DNA from: the human T2T-CHM13v2.0 reference genome, Homo sapiens
Strand: one strand, 5' to 3'
Assembly (NCBI RefSeq): GCF_009914755.1
Contig: NC_060931.1
DNA length: 64,000 nt
Shown one piece after another: positions 1 through 18,743 of the stretch; within the stretch, counting starts at the first letter, position 1, and each line of letters starts with the position of its first letter. The translations under genes and the position numbers were made by a program. The notes beneath the pieces were generated by a model. The model was given only the letters and a program-made list of their open reading frames with translations, searched no databases and was not told the DNA's origin.

Positions 1-249
1 CAGTGGTGCGATTATAGCTCACTGCAGCCTAAAACTCCTGTGCTCAAGTGATCCTCTCACCTCACTCTCCTGAATAGCTAGGAGTACAGGTGTGCACTGC
101 TATGCCTGGCTGATTTTTTATTTTTATTTTTTAAGAGACTGAGTTTTGCTATGTTGCCCAGGCTGGTCTCGAACCCCTGGCCTCAAACAGTCTTCCCACT
201 TCAGCCTCCCAAAGTGCTGAGATTACAGGCTTGAGCCACTGTGCCTGGC
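1..249 (-). mobile_element. Alu (AluJ-like), partial
   Basis: reverse Alu consensus (cccaaagtgctgagattacagg, gagccactgtgcctggc). Confidence 0.9.
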
Positions 250-546
250 ATATTTCTTATTTTTGGATGCTGTTTCAAATCCTTTTCTGAACAGAAATAT
301 TACAGGATAATATTTGACAAATGGCTGTTGAAGTACTTTTAAAAGTAAAAATGCCTTAAAAGTATAGTCACTGATTTAAGATATTTTTTCAGAAAATCAG
401 GTAATACTAATTAGTTACTTTGTGGTAGTTGAGGATATTTTGAAGTTGTGTGTATATATGTATGTGTAATTTCAAATTTCATAGTTTAAAAGCTAAAAGG
501 TTGGTTAGAAATTACCTATAATCCTCTTTGTGTACTCCCAACTTAG

Positions 547-753
<207 letters not shown>

Positions 754-1524
754 TAATTTATAACTTCTTTCAACAATTAAAAATTGTTGAAATAAATATT
801 TCACATTATTATCAATATTTATTATTGTTGTATGATCTGGATTTATAAAATAGCAGTTTTAGGTTTACGTATTGCACATGTATTGATAGATAGCCACACA
901 TTTGAGCTCATTTTATGCATTATCTTTGAAGACTCATACATTGTTTGTTGTTTGCTTTTAAAGAAGAACATTCTGGAGAGAGAATCTGCAAACTCCTGTG
1001 TTCACTTTTTCCACAATTTGAAAGGCTTTATACATTTGATCATAGCAAAGTTATTTTAAGTAACTTCCTTCATATTGCTGTCACCAGTTATTAAGTCCCC
1101 ATACTTCAAAATTCAGTTCTTTTTTCTTTGTTTCTATTTTTCCTTATTAATCTTTATTTTCTCTAAACCCTTTTCAACTATATCATATCTCTTGAGCTTC
1201 AAATTGTTTAAATAAAGAATTTCATTCAATTGTATTTTCAGTTTCTAATCTAAGGGTAGAACATTTGGCTTTAAGGCAAATAAATTACACTGTTTATCAC
1301 TTTTTTATAAACATTACCTTCTACTCTTTTTGAGCTATGTTAGTAATTTTTTCCTTGATGGTTTTGGGTTAAACTTGTAAAACAAACACATGTTACGCTG
1401 TGCTGGAATATGATTGCCTTCAGAGTATTAAGATTAGAAGAGTTACTATTCTTTGCACACTCTTCTTTGTGGTTGTGTCTCTGGTTAATCTTTCTGGTGA
1501 TTGTGGTTTTGTTTCTTTTCCCAG

Positions 1525-1740
1525 TGGTTGCCATACAGACACTAATGCCAGTGTGTCTGCTCTATTGCCTCTTCACCCATGTCATTTGATGTAGTGTTTC
1601 TTGTTCCTAAGCCAGATAACCAAGCTTGTAAAATTTTGTCTTACTGTATGTACTGTTAGAAGTCAGTTGGTGCTGGAAGGGAGACGGAGGGCTGTTTGAC
1701 CCCTCTCCCAGAATAAATTATTTAGCAGTAGCAGTATTTT
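1525..1740 (+). CDS. PHTF2: Candidate alternative terminal exon of PHTF2 (adds WLPYRH*, stop 1543-1545)
   Basis: strong acceptor ggttttgtttcttttcccAG; phase-0 reading TGG TTG CCA TAC AGA CAC TAA; AATAAA at 1712-1717; non-repeat sequence. Confidence 0.5.
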
Positions 1741-3417
1741 TCTCACTCCATGATCTTGGCTTTTGTTGGTTTGCAACTGTATTTTAAACGATTGAGTTTC
1801 TTGAAGCGCAGAACATTATTCTACCTATTAACTTTTAAATTAAAAGGTTGTTTAAAATCTTGATTTCCAGCTAAGTAAGGCTGATAGTAAGCATTGATTT
1901 ACATCTTTTTTAATGATATAAGAAATTACATAAATATAAAATATGGCTATAAAATTCTTCGTCTATAAAGTGAAGAATGTAGACTAGGTGATATTTTAAA
2001 AGCTGCATTCAGTTCTCAAAAATTTTTACTCTTAAACCAGCTTTAAAGGGCGTTTCTAAAAAAAAGCAAAATAAAGCCTCCTTTGAATAAATAAAATGGA
2101 AACAGAAGATTTGTAGTGCTCTTTTGCGTTTTTATTTATAAATTTAAATTTATTTTATAAATTACTGTACTCTCTCCAATTGCTAGTAATGTTTTTTCTT
2201 TAAGAGTGAGGCATGAAAAAATCATTTGGACCCACTCAAACACAATGAGCAAGCATCTCTAGTACCTAGATTGTGCCATTTATCACTAAATAACCAAAAC
2301 CAAAAAAAACAAAAACAAAACAACTTCTTGAAGAAGTGGCTGATTCCTGATTGTCGTTTGTTGCAGGAAATATACAAAATGACTGTGGAACCTCTTATAA
2401 TATGATAGAGGGCAAGGAAGCTATCAAAGACTACCAAGGTCTTTTCAGAAAGACTTGGGAGCCAAAGATAGAATAGTTTGAACTTTAATTTTTCTTGATA
2501 AAAGTATTCCAATGATAAATGAAAAGGAAAATTCTTTGGGGAAGTATTTTGTGCATGGATGGGATTGGTGGGTTTTATTGTAAGATAATGGGTCAGGAAC
2601 CTAGCCATTTGTTGTAAGCTTCCCAGATGGCAATATCTGTAGATAAACTTTTTAGGGGCATCTATTTTTTAGGGAAGACTTATCCAGTCTTCTGGTGGGA
2701 TGGGGGTAGTAGATAATAAAACAGGCTGCTCTGGTGTTTGGCACCAAGGGAACTGGGGATGAGATGGGGATTTTGTCATTTAATGTGTAGACTTTCATTT
2801 AATCCCCGGTTTTTGCCTTTTTCTACTATCTACTGTATCTGGTTGACTTCTTCCAGTGTTCTGTTGGGAGGAATTACTTGGTTATCTGGGATGCAGGAGG
2901 CGTCCTAGGGAACTGACAGCTTCTTTTAAGTGTTTCTTCTGTTACCTACTCTGTCCTGCTTTGTTCAGCTCTACAAATATTGTTCAATTTTTACTCCCAA
3001 TTGTAGGTTAGCTTTTCATCCCAGAAAGGTAACATTTGATGAGAAGCGTAATGAAGAAACCATGGGCTTGGAGTTAGATTATTAAAATGACCTTGGGAAA
3101 ATTATTTAACTTCTGAGTTTTTTAAAACAATTTTCCTTCCACCCCCCAAGAAAGCATTTATAAGTCCATATTCCCTTCAAATAAATACTATGTGTTCTCT
3201 AAATCTCATTATATGTTCAGTTTTAGGCGTCTAAAGATTTGACATGACTAGCAGTAGAAACCAAAACAAATGTGTTTTAACTTGAACTGTTCAATTCTAA
3301 AATTTTCTTTTTTTAGACTTTATTTGGTAATTTTTAGTGATATTCACTATTAATCACACAAATATTGTAGGTAAAATTCTATTTGAAATTTAGGCAATTA
3401 TAGGCAATAGTTTTTAG

Positions 3418-4000
<583 letters not shown>

Positions 4001-4608
4001 CCCACTTACTAATCTGCATTTGGCAAAAAACACTTCTAAAGAATTATAGATATTTTCTTAATCCTGAAATCATTAATTAGTTTCCGTTAAAGTCATCAGG
4101 CCTTTAATCCTGATTAACAAGTCTGCAACAGACGTTATATATAATAAACTATCTTTATCACAAGTTTTAAATTAGCAATTATTAAAAGCTTAATGTGTTC
4201 TGTGCCTTGCTAATGAAAACTGGTGACATTAGAGAACCTGAAATATTTTTGGAGTGCTGTTCATAAAACAGAGCAGAGTGATTTTTGTCCTCTTTTTCTT
4301 TGTATATTTGTTTTTACTTATTAATCATTTTCTTCTCTTTTGAAAGTTTTTCTTTTTACTTCTTTCTAAATAAACAGCCCTCCTCCCACAAACACTCTAT
4401 TAACACACTGTAGATTCACAGTCCCCATTCTAATATCAGTAGATTAATTATTAATAATGTACCTCATTCACTCAAGGTATTTTGTTACCTGTGGTAAGGA
4501 GATGGCCAAAAAAAAAAAATCTGTCTTTTGTGGACTCGTAGTATATTTAGATTTACAATCTATTTGAGAATATTAAACACATGAATATTTAATTGAGACA
4601 GACAATAT

Positions 4609-5527
<919 letters not shown>

Positions 5528-6424
5528 TCAGGAACAAAGTGATCACTCTAGGTAGGTGGCTTTAAGGTAGCATTTGTTGAGCCCCTGCTTTGTGCCAGGT
5601 TTGTATTCAAAGTTCCCATGCTCATTTAATTTTTAACAGCTTTTTAAAGGAGTGCAGGATTAATGATAAGAGGTAGGAGCATAATTAAGGCCTAGGGTGG
5701 AACATAATCAAAGCAAAGAACAAGCCATGCTTAGGGGCTCAGAAGTAGCCTACTGTCACTGGAGTAAAAGGTTACGGTATGTAGTGGAAGACAAGGTCAA
5801 AAAGTAGCACATATGAAGATGAGCATGCTAGGTGAAGGAATCGGAACTTTATCCAGGAGAGCAGTGAGAAGCCAAGGAAAGATTTTGACTAGAGGAGTCA
5901 AAGAACAGCTGTGCTTTAGGAAGGTTAATCTGGAAAGAAGAGGAAGGCCTTTTAGGCAAAGATCAATTAGGAGGTGCTTATAGCAATGAAGGTATAAATG
6001 ATAAAGTCTGAAGTCGGTGATAGCAAAGGAAAGACAAAAGGATAAATATAATGCATTTTAAAGGTACATGACAAATCTAGTCACAGAGGACAGCCAAAAA
6101 AAAAAAAATTGAAGATACCTGGCCATAAGGATGACTATGACCATGATTTATTCAGTAAAAGTTTTTTAATTAATTTAAATCAAAATTTTACTCATCTTTA
6201 TTTTGTACATTGCAAACTCCCAGGATAAAGTAAACTGATTAGAAATTACTTAACTTGTTTTAATTTTTTACTTTTATACCACAGATTATCTCAAGAACAT
6301 GAGTTGGCAGTTACCTTCTTGGTTTAAATATCAATTTTATGTTGATTTCACTTCCATTTGTGAAACAAAAACAGTAGATAAATCCACTCTTGCTTAAAAA
6401 AAAAAAGACTAGAATAAGAAAATA

Positions 6425-6644
6425 CAGTCATTCCTGGGTATCCACGTGAGATTGGTAGATATCCGGCCCTTCTATAAATACCAAAATCCAAGGATTCTCA
6501 AATCTCACAGTCAGCCCTGTGGAACCTGATGACACATAAGTCAGCCCTCGCCCTCCATTTCTCCAAAACTGTGGGTTCTGCATCTCAGGAATATTGTATT
6601 TTCTATCTGCAGATGTGGAATGCATGGATATGGGAGGCCAATGG
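6425..6644 (+). mobile_element. MER8-like Tigger MITE
   Basis: cagtcattcctgggtatcc...ggatatgggaggccaatgg imperfect TIRs flanked by TA; internal ataccaaaatcc and cagccctgtggaacc motifs. Confidence 0.7.
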
Positions 6645-7011
6645 TATTGCCATTAATAACATCAATTAAAGTCAGTTAATGTTCACCGTGCAGACCGTAT
6701 GAACTTAGACTACTTAGACTACTCTCTCTGCCTACCTGAGTTGTGAACTTCATATAAAATTTAAGAGAAAATAGATACAACCTTTGTATGCAAAGTAATA
6801 TCTGAGCTGAAATATGAAATCAAATAAATTTTGATGTGAAGGTATTTTGTTACTGAATAAAAGCTAATATATTTTGTAATGTTTTGCTGTCTCACTATCT
6901 TTTGAGGGTGTATTTGTTGTTTTAGCAAAAAGTATCAATATATGGGTTCTGATAGTATCCTTTGAGTTGGAAAGAGTACATAAATTGTATTAATGTCAAA
7001 GAATATCTTGA

Positions 7012-7365
<354 letters not shown>

Positions 7366-7614
7366 TGAGCTGTGGTCTGGCTTCATCAAAACATAGAATC
7401 TCAGTACTTATATTGTGGTTATGTATGTTCCTGAAAAGTTATTGGTAACTGGAGTTTCGTAAGTCAAATCGTGTGTTAGGTGCAATAGTACTTTCTTACT
7501 GAACATACTTTGTGGCCAGATGCATGTACACCTTGGTCTAAACTCCACCTATAAGATTATATTCACAAATCTACATCTCATGAATATCAAATTTGTAGCT
7601 CCAAGTGCCCATAG

Positions 7615-8227
<613 letters not shown>

Positions 8228-8519
8228 TTTTATAGGATATCTTTATTTGAATGTCCCACCAATACCTCAAATTTAACCAGTCCTCCCTCATAAATCTGTT
8301 TTTCTTATTCCATTCAAAATTTTGGTGAATGACATCTCCATTCATCTACTCACTAGTCCAGAAACTTGGTGGTCATTTAAAATTCCCCTCTTCTTCACCT
8401 TCTCTCTCTTATCCAACTCCTTATCTAATCCTGTCAAACCAAGTAAAGTCAGAAAACTCGAGAAAAAAAAGAGAACTTTCAATCTGATAAAAGGGTGATG
8501 CATAGCTATCAAAGAACCT

Positions 8520-8720
8520 TCTGCTATAACAATCCCAGAGGCTGGGTGGCTTAAACAACAAACATTTATTTCTCACAGTTCTGAGGCCTGGAAGTCCAAG
8601 ATCAGGGTGCCAGCATGATTGGTTCTTGGTAAAGGTTCTCTTCCTGGTTTACAACAGCTATCTTATCCTTGTATCCTTACACGGTGGAAATAAGGGAGCT
8701 CTGGTCTCTTTACCTCTGTC
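8520..8720. mobile_element. MLT1 (MaLR) LTR fragment
   Basis: gggtggcttaaacaacaaacatttatttctcacagttctgaggcctggaagtccaagatcagggtgccagca. Confidence 0.75.
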
Positions 8721-8749
8721 TGGTTTTGGTTGGAGTTAGGCTGATTTAA

Positions 8750-10030
8750 AGTCCATATTAAAGAGCAAAATATCAAGAATAGCAAAAACAATTTTGAAGA
8801 ACAACAGGGATCTTTCCCTACTGGATATAAAAATTTACTTTCAATTTAATACTCAAGATAGTATAGTATAGACATATAAACATATATACCGATGGAACAG
8901 AATAGAAAACTCAGAAATAGACATTTGTTTATAATGGATCACTAATACATGACAATAAGTGGCATTACAAGTCAGTAGAAAAAGAACGGACTATATGGTT
9001 GTGAGTCAAATGATTATACACTTGAAAATTTATTCCAAATAGTTTCTAAAGGTGAAAAGCGAAACTTTAAAGCATTTAGAAGAAAATACAGGAGAAAAAT
9101 CTTTATTACTTCAGGTTAGAGAAGAATTTTTAAAAACAAGATATAAAAAGCACAAACAAAAATGGAGAGATAAATTTGAATATCTTAAGATTTAAAACTT
9201 TGGGCGTGTTAAAAGATGAGCCACAGGCTGGGAGAAGATATTTCCAATACATTAACTATCACAGTGTTACTACATACAGGACATAAAGAACTCCTACAGA
9301 TGAATAAGTAAAAGACAAATGACTCAATAGAAAAATAAAAGGATGTGAACAGGTCCCCTGATGGCTAATAAAATATAAGTGAAGATGGTCAGCCTTGCTA
9401 TTAGTTAGGGAAATGTAAATTAGAACAATTAGATACTACTTAATATTGATCAAATTGTCAAAATTTAAAACCTGATAAATTTCAATGTTGGCAAGAATGT
9501 GAAGAGAGAACTCTTTAATACTGATGTTTGTTTGTACAGCTACTTTGAAGAGCAGTTTGTCATTATATAGTAAAGTTGAAGTTCTATATATTCTAGGACC
9601 CTTTCATTCCAATTTAGAATGAAACTTTAGAAGATAGGCACTATCATTGCATTGTGCATGATAGTGAAAGTTGAAAATATAATAGCCAATAATAGTGGAA
9701 TTAATAAATAATGTTGTATGATAAAACAGTATACAGCAGTGAAATTGAATGAACTCGGCTGCATGTATCAACATGAATAAGTTTTTGAATATAATTTTGA
9801 ATGAAAAAGGCAAGCTGCCTTTACTTTAAATAACCCTGTCTCTACTGAAAATACAAAAATTAGCCAGGCGTGGTGACAGGCACCTGTAATCCCAGCTACT
9901 CTGGAAGCTGAGGCATAAGAATCACTTGAACCTGGGAGGCAGGGCTTAGCAGTGAGCTGAGATGGCGCTATTGCACTCCAGCCTGAGCGACAGAGCGGAC
10001 TCTGTCTCAAAAATAAAATAAAAAATAAAA
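8750..10030 (+). mobile_element. Old L1M 3' portion ending in a 5'-truncated Alu (~9834-10030)
   Basis: degenerate ORF2-end motifs (gatggaacagaatagaaaactcagaaatagac; ttagaagaaaatacaggag). Confidence 0.75.
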
Positions 10031-10469
10031 AGGATGGCTATGAATGTTTAGAAAAAACAAAGTGGTAATTAGGGAAATTGAGCTGGAGTGTTTTGGTGTT
10101 GACTCCCTAATATATGAGATATTTGAAAACATTGATATATACAGGAGAAAACAGGTAGGGAAGAATCAAAGAGATACGGAAGAAAATGTTGACTGGTGGA
10201 ATGATTTCTTAGGATTCTGGAGGGGAATCATAATCAGGAAGCTTAGCATTTGACAGGAAGAGGAAAACATCCTCTGCTGAGATAGGAGGATAAGGATGAG
10301 TGCATGCAGCAAGCAAGATGGTAAGAGAGTTATTGCCTGATGATCTTTTTTCCGTGAAGTGCAAGAGTCCAAGGGATCTACTGGCAATAAGCGAGATGAT
10401 ACAAGAGGAGGCTTTTGGATGGTGGTGAAGGCTTTAAGTTACCATTTGTGGAGAATGGAGAAAGGGGAC

Positions 10470-10495
10470 AGAGAGAGGGAGAGAGAGAAAGAGGA

Positions 10496-10566
<71 letters not shown>
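10470..10566 (+). repeat. Compound microsatellite (GA)n(GT)n
   Basis: seen directly in the sequence. Confidence 0.95.
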
Positions 10567-10567
<1 letters not shown>

Positions 10568-10882
10568 CAAGCCAATGAACACATCAAAACAATCATACTG
10601 CCTTGCCACATTGTTGAGGGTCCAGCTGGAATCTGAAACCATGAATTTGTAGTTGCCTATTCTACACAGCTATGTGATGTTTTCTGGAATGTAGTTGTTA
10701 CTATATCTGACATTTAATAAGCATTTACTTATGCCACACACTGTGCAAAGTAATCTAGTTGCATTATCTCATGTATTTAACCTTTACAACCTGTGGTAAT
10801 GTAGTTTATTTTCATTTTACATTGCTCAGAGTTGAGTAATGTGCCCAAAGTCACACAGAGTAAGTGTTCAATAAATAGTTGC

Positions 10883-11173
10883 CACGCCTGTAATCCCAGC
10901 ACTTTGGGAGGCCGAGGCGGGTGGATCACAAGGTTAGGAGATCGAGATCATCCTGGCTAACACGGTGAAACCCCATCTCTACTAAAAATACAAAAAATTA
11001 GCCGGGCGTGGTGGCGGGTGCCTGTAATCCCAGTTACTCAGGAGGCTGAGGCAGGAGAATGGCGTGAACCCAGGAGGTAGAGCTTGCAGTGAGCCGAGAT
11101 GGCACCACTGCACTCCAGCCTGGGCAACAGAGCGAGACTCCGTCTCAAAAAAATAATAATAATAAAATAAATA
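10883..11173 (+). mobile_element. AluY, slightly 5'-truncated
   Basis: AluY diagnostic positions; TSD aataaatagttgc at 10870-10882 and 11174-11186. Confidence 0.9.
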
Positions 11174-12577
11174 AATAAATAGTTGCTCTTCAAGGGACAG
11201 GAGAGGGGATGATTGAAATGGTGGATCTGGTGGCAGTCTAGTCATTAAATTGTTAGATTGAGAAGGAAATGAAATCAGGAAGGGACTGATAAATTTAAGG
11301 ATAGGTGTGTTCAAGGGAACAAGTGTTTCAGAATTGAAGCTTTGAGAGACCAGGTAAGATGGGAAGTTGTAGTAGATTCCTTTCAGAAGTAGAGCAGTTC
11401 CGTATGGTGACAAGGTCTAGGGTGTGGCTGTGGGAGTAGCGTCCTTGGGATTGAAGAAATGAAAAAGTGAACAATCCATGAAAGCATAGGGTGTTGAATG
11501 AGTCATCTGCATATTCATCTAAGTCACTGAGACTAACAACTGGAGTTAAGATTGAGGGAAATGCCTGTGAGCTATTTTCCCAGAGATAACTATAAGCAGC
11601 ATAAAAGCAGGGACCATGTGTTTTTTTTTTTTTTTTTTGCTCAGTGTTGTATCACACAGCGTGAGGTACACAGTAGGTATTTAATAAATATTGAATGCCT
11701 GAAACAAAATTAAATTTTTTCAAAACATGCCAATTAGGCCTTTCTTAAATGATTTAAAAAATTGTTTTATGATGTCTGTGCAGAGTAAATTGCTCCTAAG
11801 TCTGTCACACCAGTCGGCTACCTTTTTGGTAAGATAAAATTTGTTAATGCTCTACTCTGTATATCTAATTATGGTATCCTAGGCTTATATTGGTTTTGCT
11901 TTTAGATTAAAGACTTGATCTTAAACAGATTTTTAATTCTCAGGTTTCAAAAAATAAGCTCATGCTTTTAGTTTTACTAGTAGCTAAGTAATGGAAATTA
12001 GCTCCCTTTTACTAAAAAGCTACTAGTTTTTTTTCTTGTTTAACCAGTCTGTTAGGTTTGGAAGACCTTTTTCTGTCTGCTATACAGATGGAAAAATCCC
12101 TTCTCATGAAAAAACACTGAGCATTTGAATTAGTATGTTCTAATCAGAATATTCCCAAATGTGTATCTTTATTTCATTGTTTTATTTTGTTTGTAAATAG
12201 TAATTGAAACATTTCCACAGAAGAAAATTTTTCTCCTATAGCCCTCCTCTATAGCTGAATATATACTAAAATATAAAGCTATATTCAGCTGAAATTCAGT
12301 TTTTAGTAAGTGTAAAGCTTTAAATGGCTGCATTCCCACAGTTGGAAACACGAGTATGTGGTTGGCATGGTGAATTTATTTGAAATAAAACATGCCACCA
12401 TTTAAGCAATAAGGTTTTCAGGTAGTTTTGAATGAATAAGGAGCAAAGCAGTTGAGATTTTAAGTGAGGATAAAGTATAATCATTTTAGAAGTTCTAAAT
12501 TTTTGGATCTGTGATGCTGTCTTCAAAGGTAAAAAAAAATTTTAAGTTCTAAATTTTAGTTTGAAAACATATATAGC

Positions 12578-13433
<856 letters not shown>

Positions 13434-14303
13434 TAATTAACTCTTTTAAAATTCACCAGTTTCTAGTTGCTGTCTTCTCTTTTGCCTTTTGGCATTCTAG
13501 AAATAATGTAATATCAGATGCTGGATAGAGTAATTGGCAAGGTAGCTAGATGTAAAAGGAGTGCTTTTGGGAGGACAATGAGAATGTCCTGATTTCCTAT
13601 TTCTGTCTCTAGATGGGCTTTCTTGGTATTGATATTCCTTTCTTCATGTAATTAGGAAGACCTTAATTCACTATTCCAGACTGAGAGTTTAAAAATGTCT
13701 GTAAATCAGTGGTTGAAATCTGTTGGCTCTCAAGCTTAAACTTCTTTCCTTTTAGCTTCTTGCACTTCCTGTTTCTGGCTTTTTGGTTTCCTTACGCTTA
13801 ACAATTGTAAAATTTCTAGTGAAAGTTTGATACATATTTTGGTACAGATTATTTCTTTCCCAAAACAGAATATTTTGTTTGGAGATAAATGAGGAAATAA
13901 CATTTGAGAAATTAAGTTGGTAGTTAATAACTAGTATCTTAGCACTCTTCAGGACCTCAAGTAGTGAAATGTATACCATGAAAGTTAAAGTATATTAAAA
14001 TCCTTCATCTCTAGAAAAGATAAAAATTTCCCACCTCTTTTTTTTTACATTATTGAATTATTATTATTCAACTTTAGTTGAAATTAATCAATGCAACTTT
14101 ACTCCCCCTAGAGGAAAGTGTTAAAAGTTTACAAGAAACATTTTTTTTACCATATTTTAATCACATTTTTGTCCTCTAAAGAATAAATGTACCTAGAGTA
14201 GATTCTTCTGTTCATTGTTAGAAGTTATATTTAATGAAATATTTTATAAAATTTGAGGTTGCTACGAATGCCAAAACTATTGTTTTTAGAAAATGTGGGA
14301 AGT

Positions 14304-14957
<654 letters not shown>

Positions 14958-15618
14958 TGCTTCAGTTTTGTAATATTTGCTTTATCTGGAAAAAAAAAAA
15001 AAGTTAAATGGGTCCTTTGGAGAAATGCTGGATTAAAATATCAGAAAAGTAACTAAATCAGATATTAAACGTTAAATATGTAAGGAAGAGTCTTTTTTGG
15101 GATAAGACTAGCACTATATGGTCTTTCAAAGAGATTCAAATCTCAGCTGTCATATTCTTTTTTAATGATCATAAGTTGGACAATGATTACTATGAACAAG
15201 TTGATATCCATTTGTCTTTTAGCATTAGTATATTGCAGCTGTGTAGACTGACAACTAAGTACTTTTGCTGACATGTTTTAGTATATTTTTGAACATAGGT
15301 TGACTAATACTTGTTACAGAAAGTTCTCAACTTGTACAGTTTCATAACCATGTAACTTCTTATGATATCTGTTCAGTGTATATGCTAACTAATTTTAAGA
15401 TAGAATTTTAGTGTCTTAGAGTTGTGTGTATAAATATATTAGCTGTGCACAGATCTATATATTCCATTTATAAAACATGATAAATATATTCACCAATTTT
15501 TATTTTTAGTGTCATTAAAATTGTGTGTGTATATAGAGATATATATACAACTTTATATACACACATTTTATTTATTAAATGTGATCTATATATTTACTAA
15601 TTTTTTTTTTTTTTATAG

Positions 15619-15756
<138 letters not shown>

Positions 15757-16357
15757 TAAATTTTATTCTTGTAGTTCAAGGGTAAGACTTAGTAATTATA
15801 TATAAGATAATTACTGGAATATTATATTAGTAACCTTCTGACCTCATTTCTTCACCCTGAAAAAAAAGTTACATGTGTGTATTTGTTTCTGTCTGTAATT
15901 TAAACAGTGATTTGTCACCAAACCACTCTCATCTTCTAGTGTTTTCACTTATCTGACCAAGAATAGATGATACGGTCTATAATTTTTCTCTTTTATCTTT
16001 TTCTTTCTTTTGAAATTCAGGAGCTTGTTAGATATATACAGGTGTTAATAAAGACTTTTCTTTGGACTAGAGATTGTTGTTACAAGAACTTTAAAAATAA
16101 AAAAATAATTAAAAAGACTTATTTTTCTGTATCATTCTTACTGGTTCATTTGTTTAATAGGACTTAAGACATGAAAAAATCAAACTAGTAAATTTGCATT
16201 CATACTTGCTTACCTACTTAAATATATAGAAGTAATGCAGATAGTGGTAAAAGTCTTGAGTAGTTCAAAGAAGTCTAATTGAAATACTGTGGATTAAAAT
16301 TTTATTTTCTATTATTTCTTTTTTCAGATAATTACTGATTTTTAAAATGTGTTGATT

Positions 16358-16745
<388 letters not shown>

Positions 16746-17232
16746 TTAACTTGCAATTTCTAAATTTCTTTGGTGCATTATTGTGCTTGAACTCTTCTCC
16801 ACACTTTGTGTAAGACAGGAATTATAATAACTGGGTCTAGAAATTGATAATACTCCCTATAACATATCTCAGTGTGAGCAATTAAAAGCAGTTGACGGGG
16901 AAGTCTCTGGAATCTTGGATCTAGTTTGTGCTCTGTAACTTAATTACCTGTGAATTGGCAGATCACTTAACTTACAATGGTCTCATTTATCTAATATATA
17001 TTATAAAAAGTTGGCTACATGATAGTTAAGATCTCTTTTAGTTCTGCCAGTCTAGCATACTGGAAGCTTTTATATTGTCCCATTATCTAATTTCCTTTTT
17101 TAAAATAATTCCCTCACCTTTTTCCCTTTCTGTTTAATTTCTTCTTCCTTCTATCATCTCTCTTCTAAAATGCTTTTAGAGTTTAAGGAGACACTTATTT
17201 ATATATTGGACTATTCAAAGAGAAATGTAAGC

Positions 17233-17533
17233 GGCTGGGTGTGTTGGCTTATGCCTGTAATCTCAACACTTTGGGAGCTAGAGGAGGGATGATCGCTTGA
17301 GCCCAGGAGTTAAAGACCAGCCTGAGCAACATAGTGAAACCCTGTCTTTACATCTCTACAAAACCCAAAAAATTAGCTGGGGGCGGTGGTGTATACCTGT
17401 AGTCCCAGCTACTAGGAATGCTGAGTTGGGAGGGATCACTTGAGCCCATTATTGTGCCACTGTACTCCAGCCTGGGCAATAGAGTGAGACCCTGTCTCAA
17501 AAAAAAAAAAAAAAAAAGAAAACAGAAAGAAAA
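17233..17533 (+). mobile_element. AluJ-like
   Basis: Alu consensus with J-type ggatcacttgagccc. Confidence 0.85.
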
Positions 17534-17848
17534 CCTCAAGTTACAAATGTACAAACGTATGAAATAAGTGTAATGCTGAGTTTTTTCTTCAATGAACTGA
17601 ATTTCAGTGGATATGAGATCTCATTCTCTTTAATATTGCAGTATTTATGAATATTTCTAACTTGAAATAATGAAATACATAAATTTTTTTCAAGATCTGG
17701 ATGACAGTCCTTTTGCCATCTACTTAGTAAATTAGCGATCTGATAATTGTTTTTAAGATCTGAAGAATTAATGACATTTTATATGTAGTAGGCTCTCAAA
17801 CTTGAATGGGATTCAAATTACTCAGAATGAGTATATTTTAACAAATGA

Positions 17849-18223
<375 letters not shown>

Positions 18224-18436
18224 TAGACTTCCGAATAAGAATATTTTATCGTTTTCATAATATTAAAAGTATTCCTGAAGTACTTTATTATTTCATTATA
18301 TCATTTTTACCTAATTATTTTTTATTTTGCTTTTATAGTACCTAACCAAATAAAATCTTAACAATTCATATTTTGTTAATTTTGTTTTTCTGTGGTAATC
18401 TACTTGAAAATTAATCCTCATCTTAATCTTTTTTAG

Positions 18437-18580
<144 letters not shown>

Positions 18581-18729
18581 TGATAAAAGTAGCTTTAACA
18601 TGCTGGCCCTTTCTGATAGTTCCAGTTTCTTTATCAATATATATTTGTCTCTAGATGTATAGTAACCAGCTTTTACTCATTCAAAAACTGGATTAGGGAT
18701 TTTGTTTCTACTAGCCTGGTTGTCACAAG

Positions 18730-18743
18730 CCAGCAGAGGGAGC
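18730..18743 (+). promoter_or_regulatory. Candidate CTCF binding site
   Basis: CCAGCAGAGGGAGC differs at one position from the CTCF core CCAGCAGAGGGCGC; isolated GC-rich motif in an AT-rich intron. Confidence 0.55.

Noticed and set aside
13756-13830. Acceptor-like site giving an in-frame hydrophobic tail LLALPVSGFLVSLRLTIVKFLVKV*
   Set aside because: Pseudo-acceptors are abundant in AT-rich introns and T-rich sequence automatically encodes hydrophobic residues; no other support
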